Below are positions 26,947 through 27,003 of a stretch of 27,003 bases of DNA, one piece after another. This DNA comes from Chloroflexota bacterium. GTDB lineage: Bacteria > Chloroflexota > Dehalococcoidia > Lucifugimonadales > JADFKI01. The stretch is taken from NCBI GenBank assembly GCA_027623195.1, contig JAQBUT010000034.1, forward strand, positions 1-27,003, given 5' to 3'. The first letter of the stretch is position 1, and each line of letters starts with the position of its first letter. The notes below the pieces were generated by a model that did no database searches, was not told the origin of the DNA, and saw nothing but the letters and a program-made list of their open reading frames with translations. The position numbers and the translations under genes were made by a program.

Positions 26947-27003
26947 TCGGTTTTTTAGACAGGTAGCTAAGAGAGAGTCCCGCTCCTAAAATGACAGAAA
27001 TAA

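Overview
A gene-dense, GC-rich bacterial chromosomal segment. The gene content (two luciferase-like monooxygenases, an enolase-superfamily dehydratase, GGT, SelB) and the intergenic palindromes suggest Chloroflexota (Dehalococcoidia/SAR202-like); this is inference only. Gene order: thiolase(-), selB(+), then a three-gene nurA / stand-alone HAS-barrel / herA cluster(+), a decayed DUF4258 + YgiT-type Zn-finger pair, zincin-like peptidase(-), enolase-superfamily dehydratase, small Lrp/AsnC protein, plsY(-), ornithine cyclodeaminase family(-), recQ, LLM oxidoreductase, ABM monooxygenase, BNR-repeat protein, a second LLM(-), two broken genes not resolved by the ORF track (a membrane-anchored OmpR-type winged-helix regulator and a PKD/L-type-lectin lipoprotein), mutL(-), small HAD(-), GGT(-), Ser/Thr dehydratase, an orphan membrane protein, DUF2182(-) and a 5'-truncated DUF1326(-). 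The best candidate for an uncharacterised system is the NurA (with a 4-Cys insert) + free HAS-barrel paralogue + HerA module, with no Mre11/Rad50 in the window. No CRISPR array, rRNA, tRNA, integrase or transposase was seen. All family assignments come from motif recognition by eye, not database searches.
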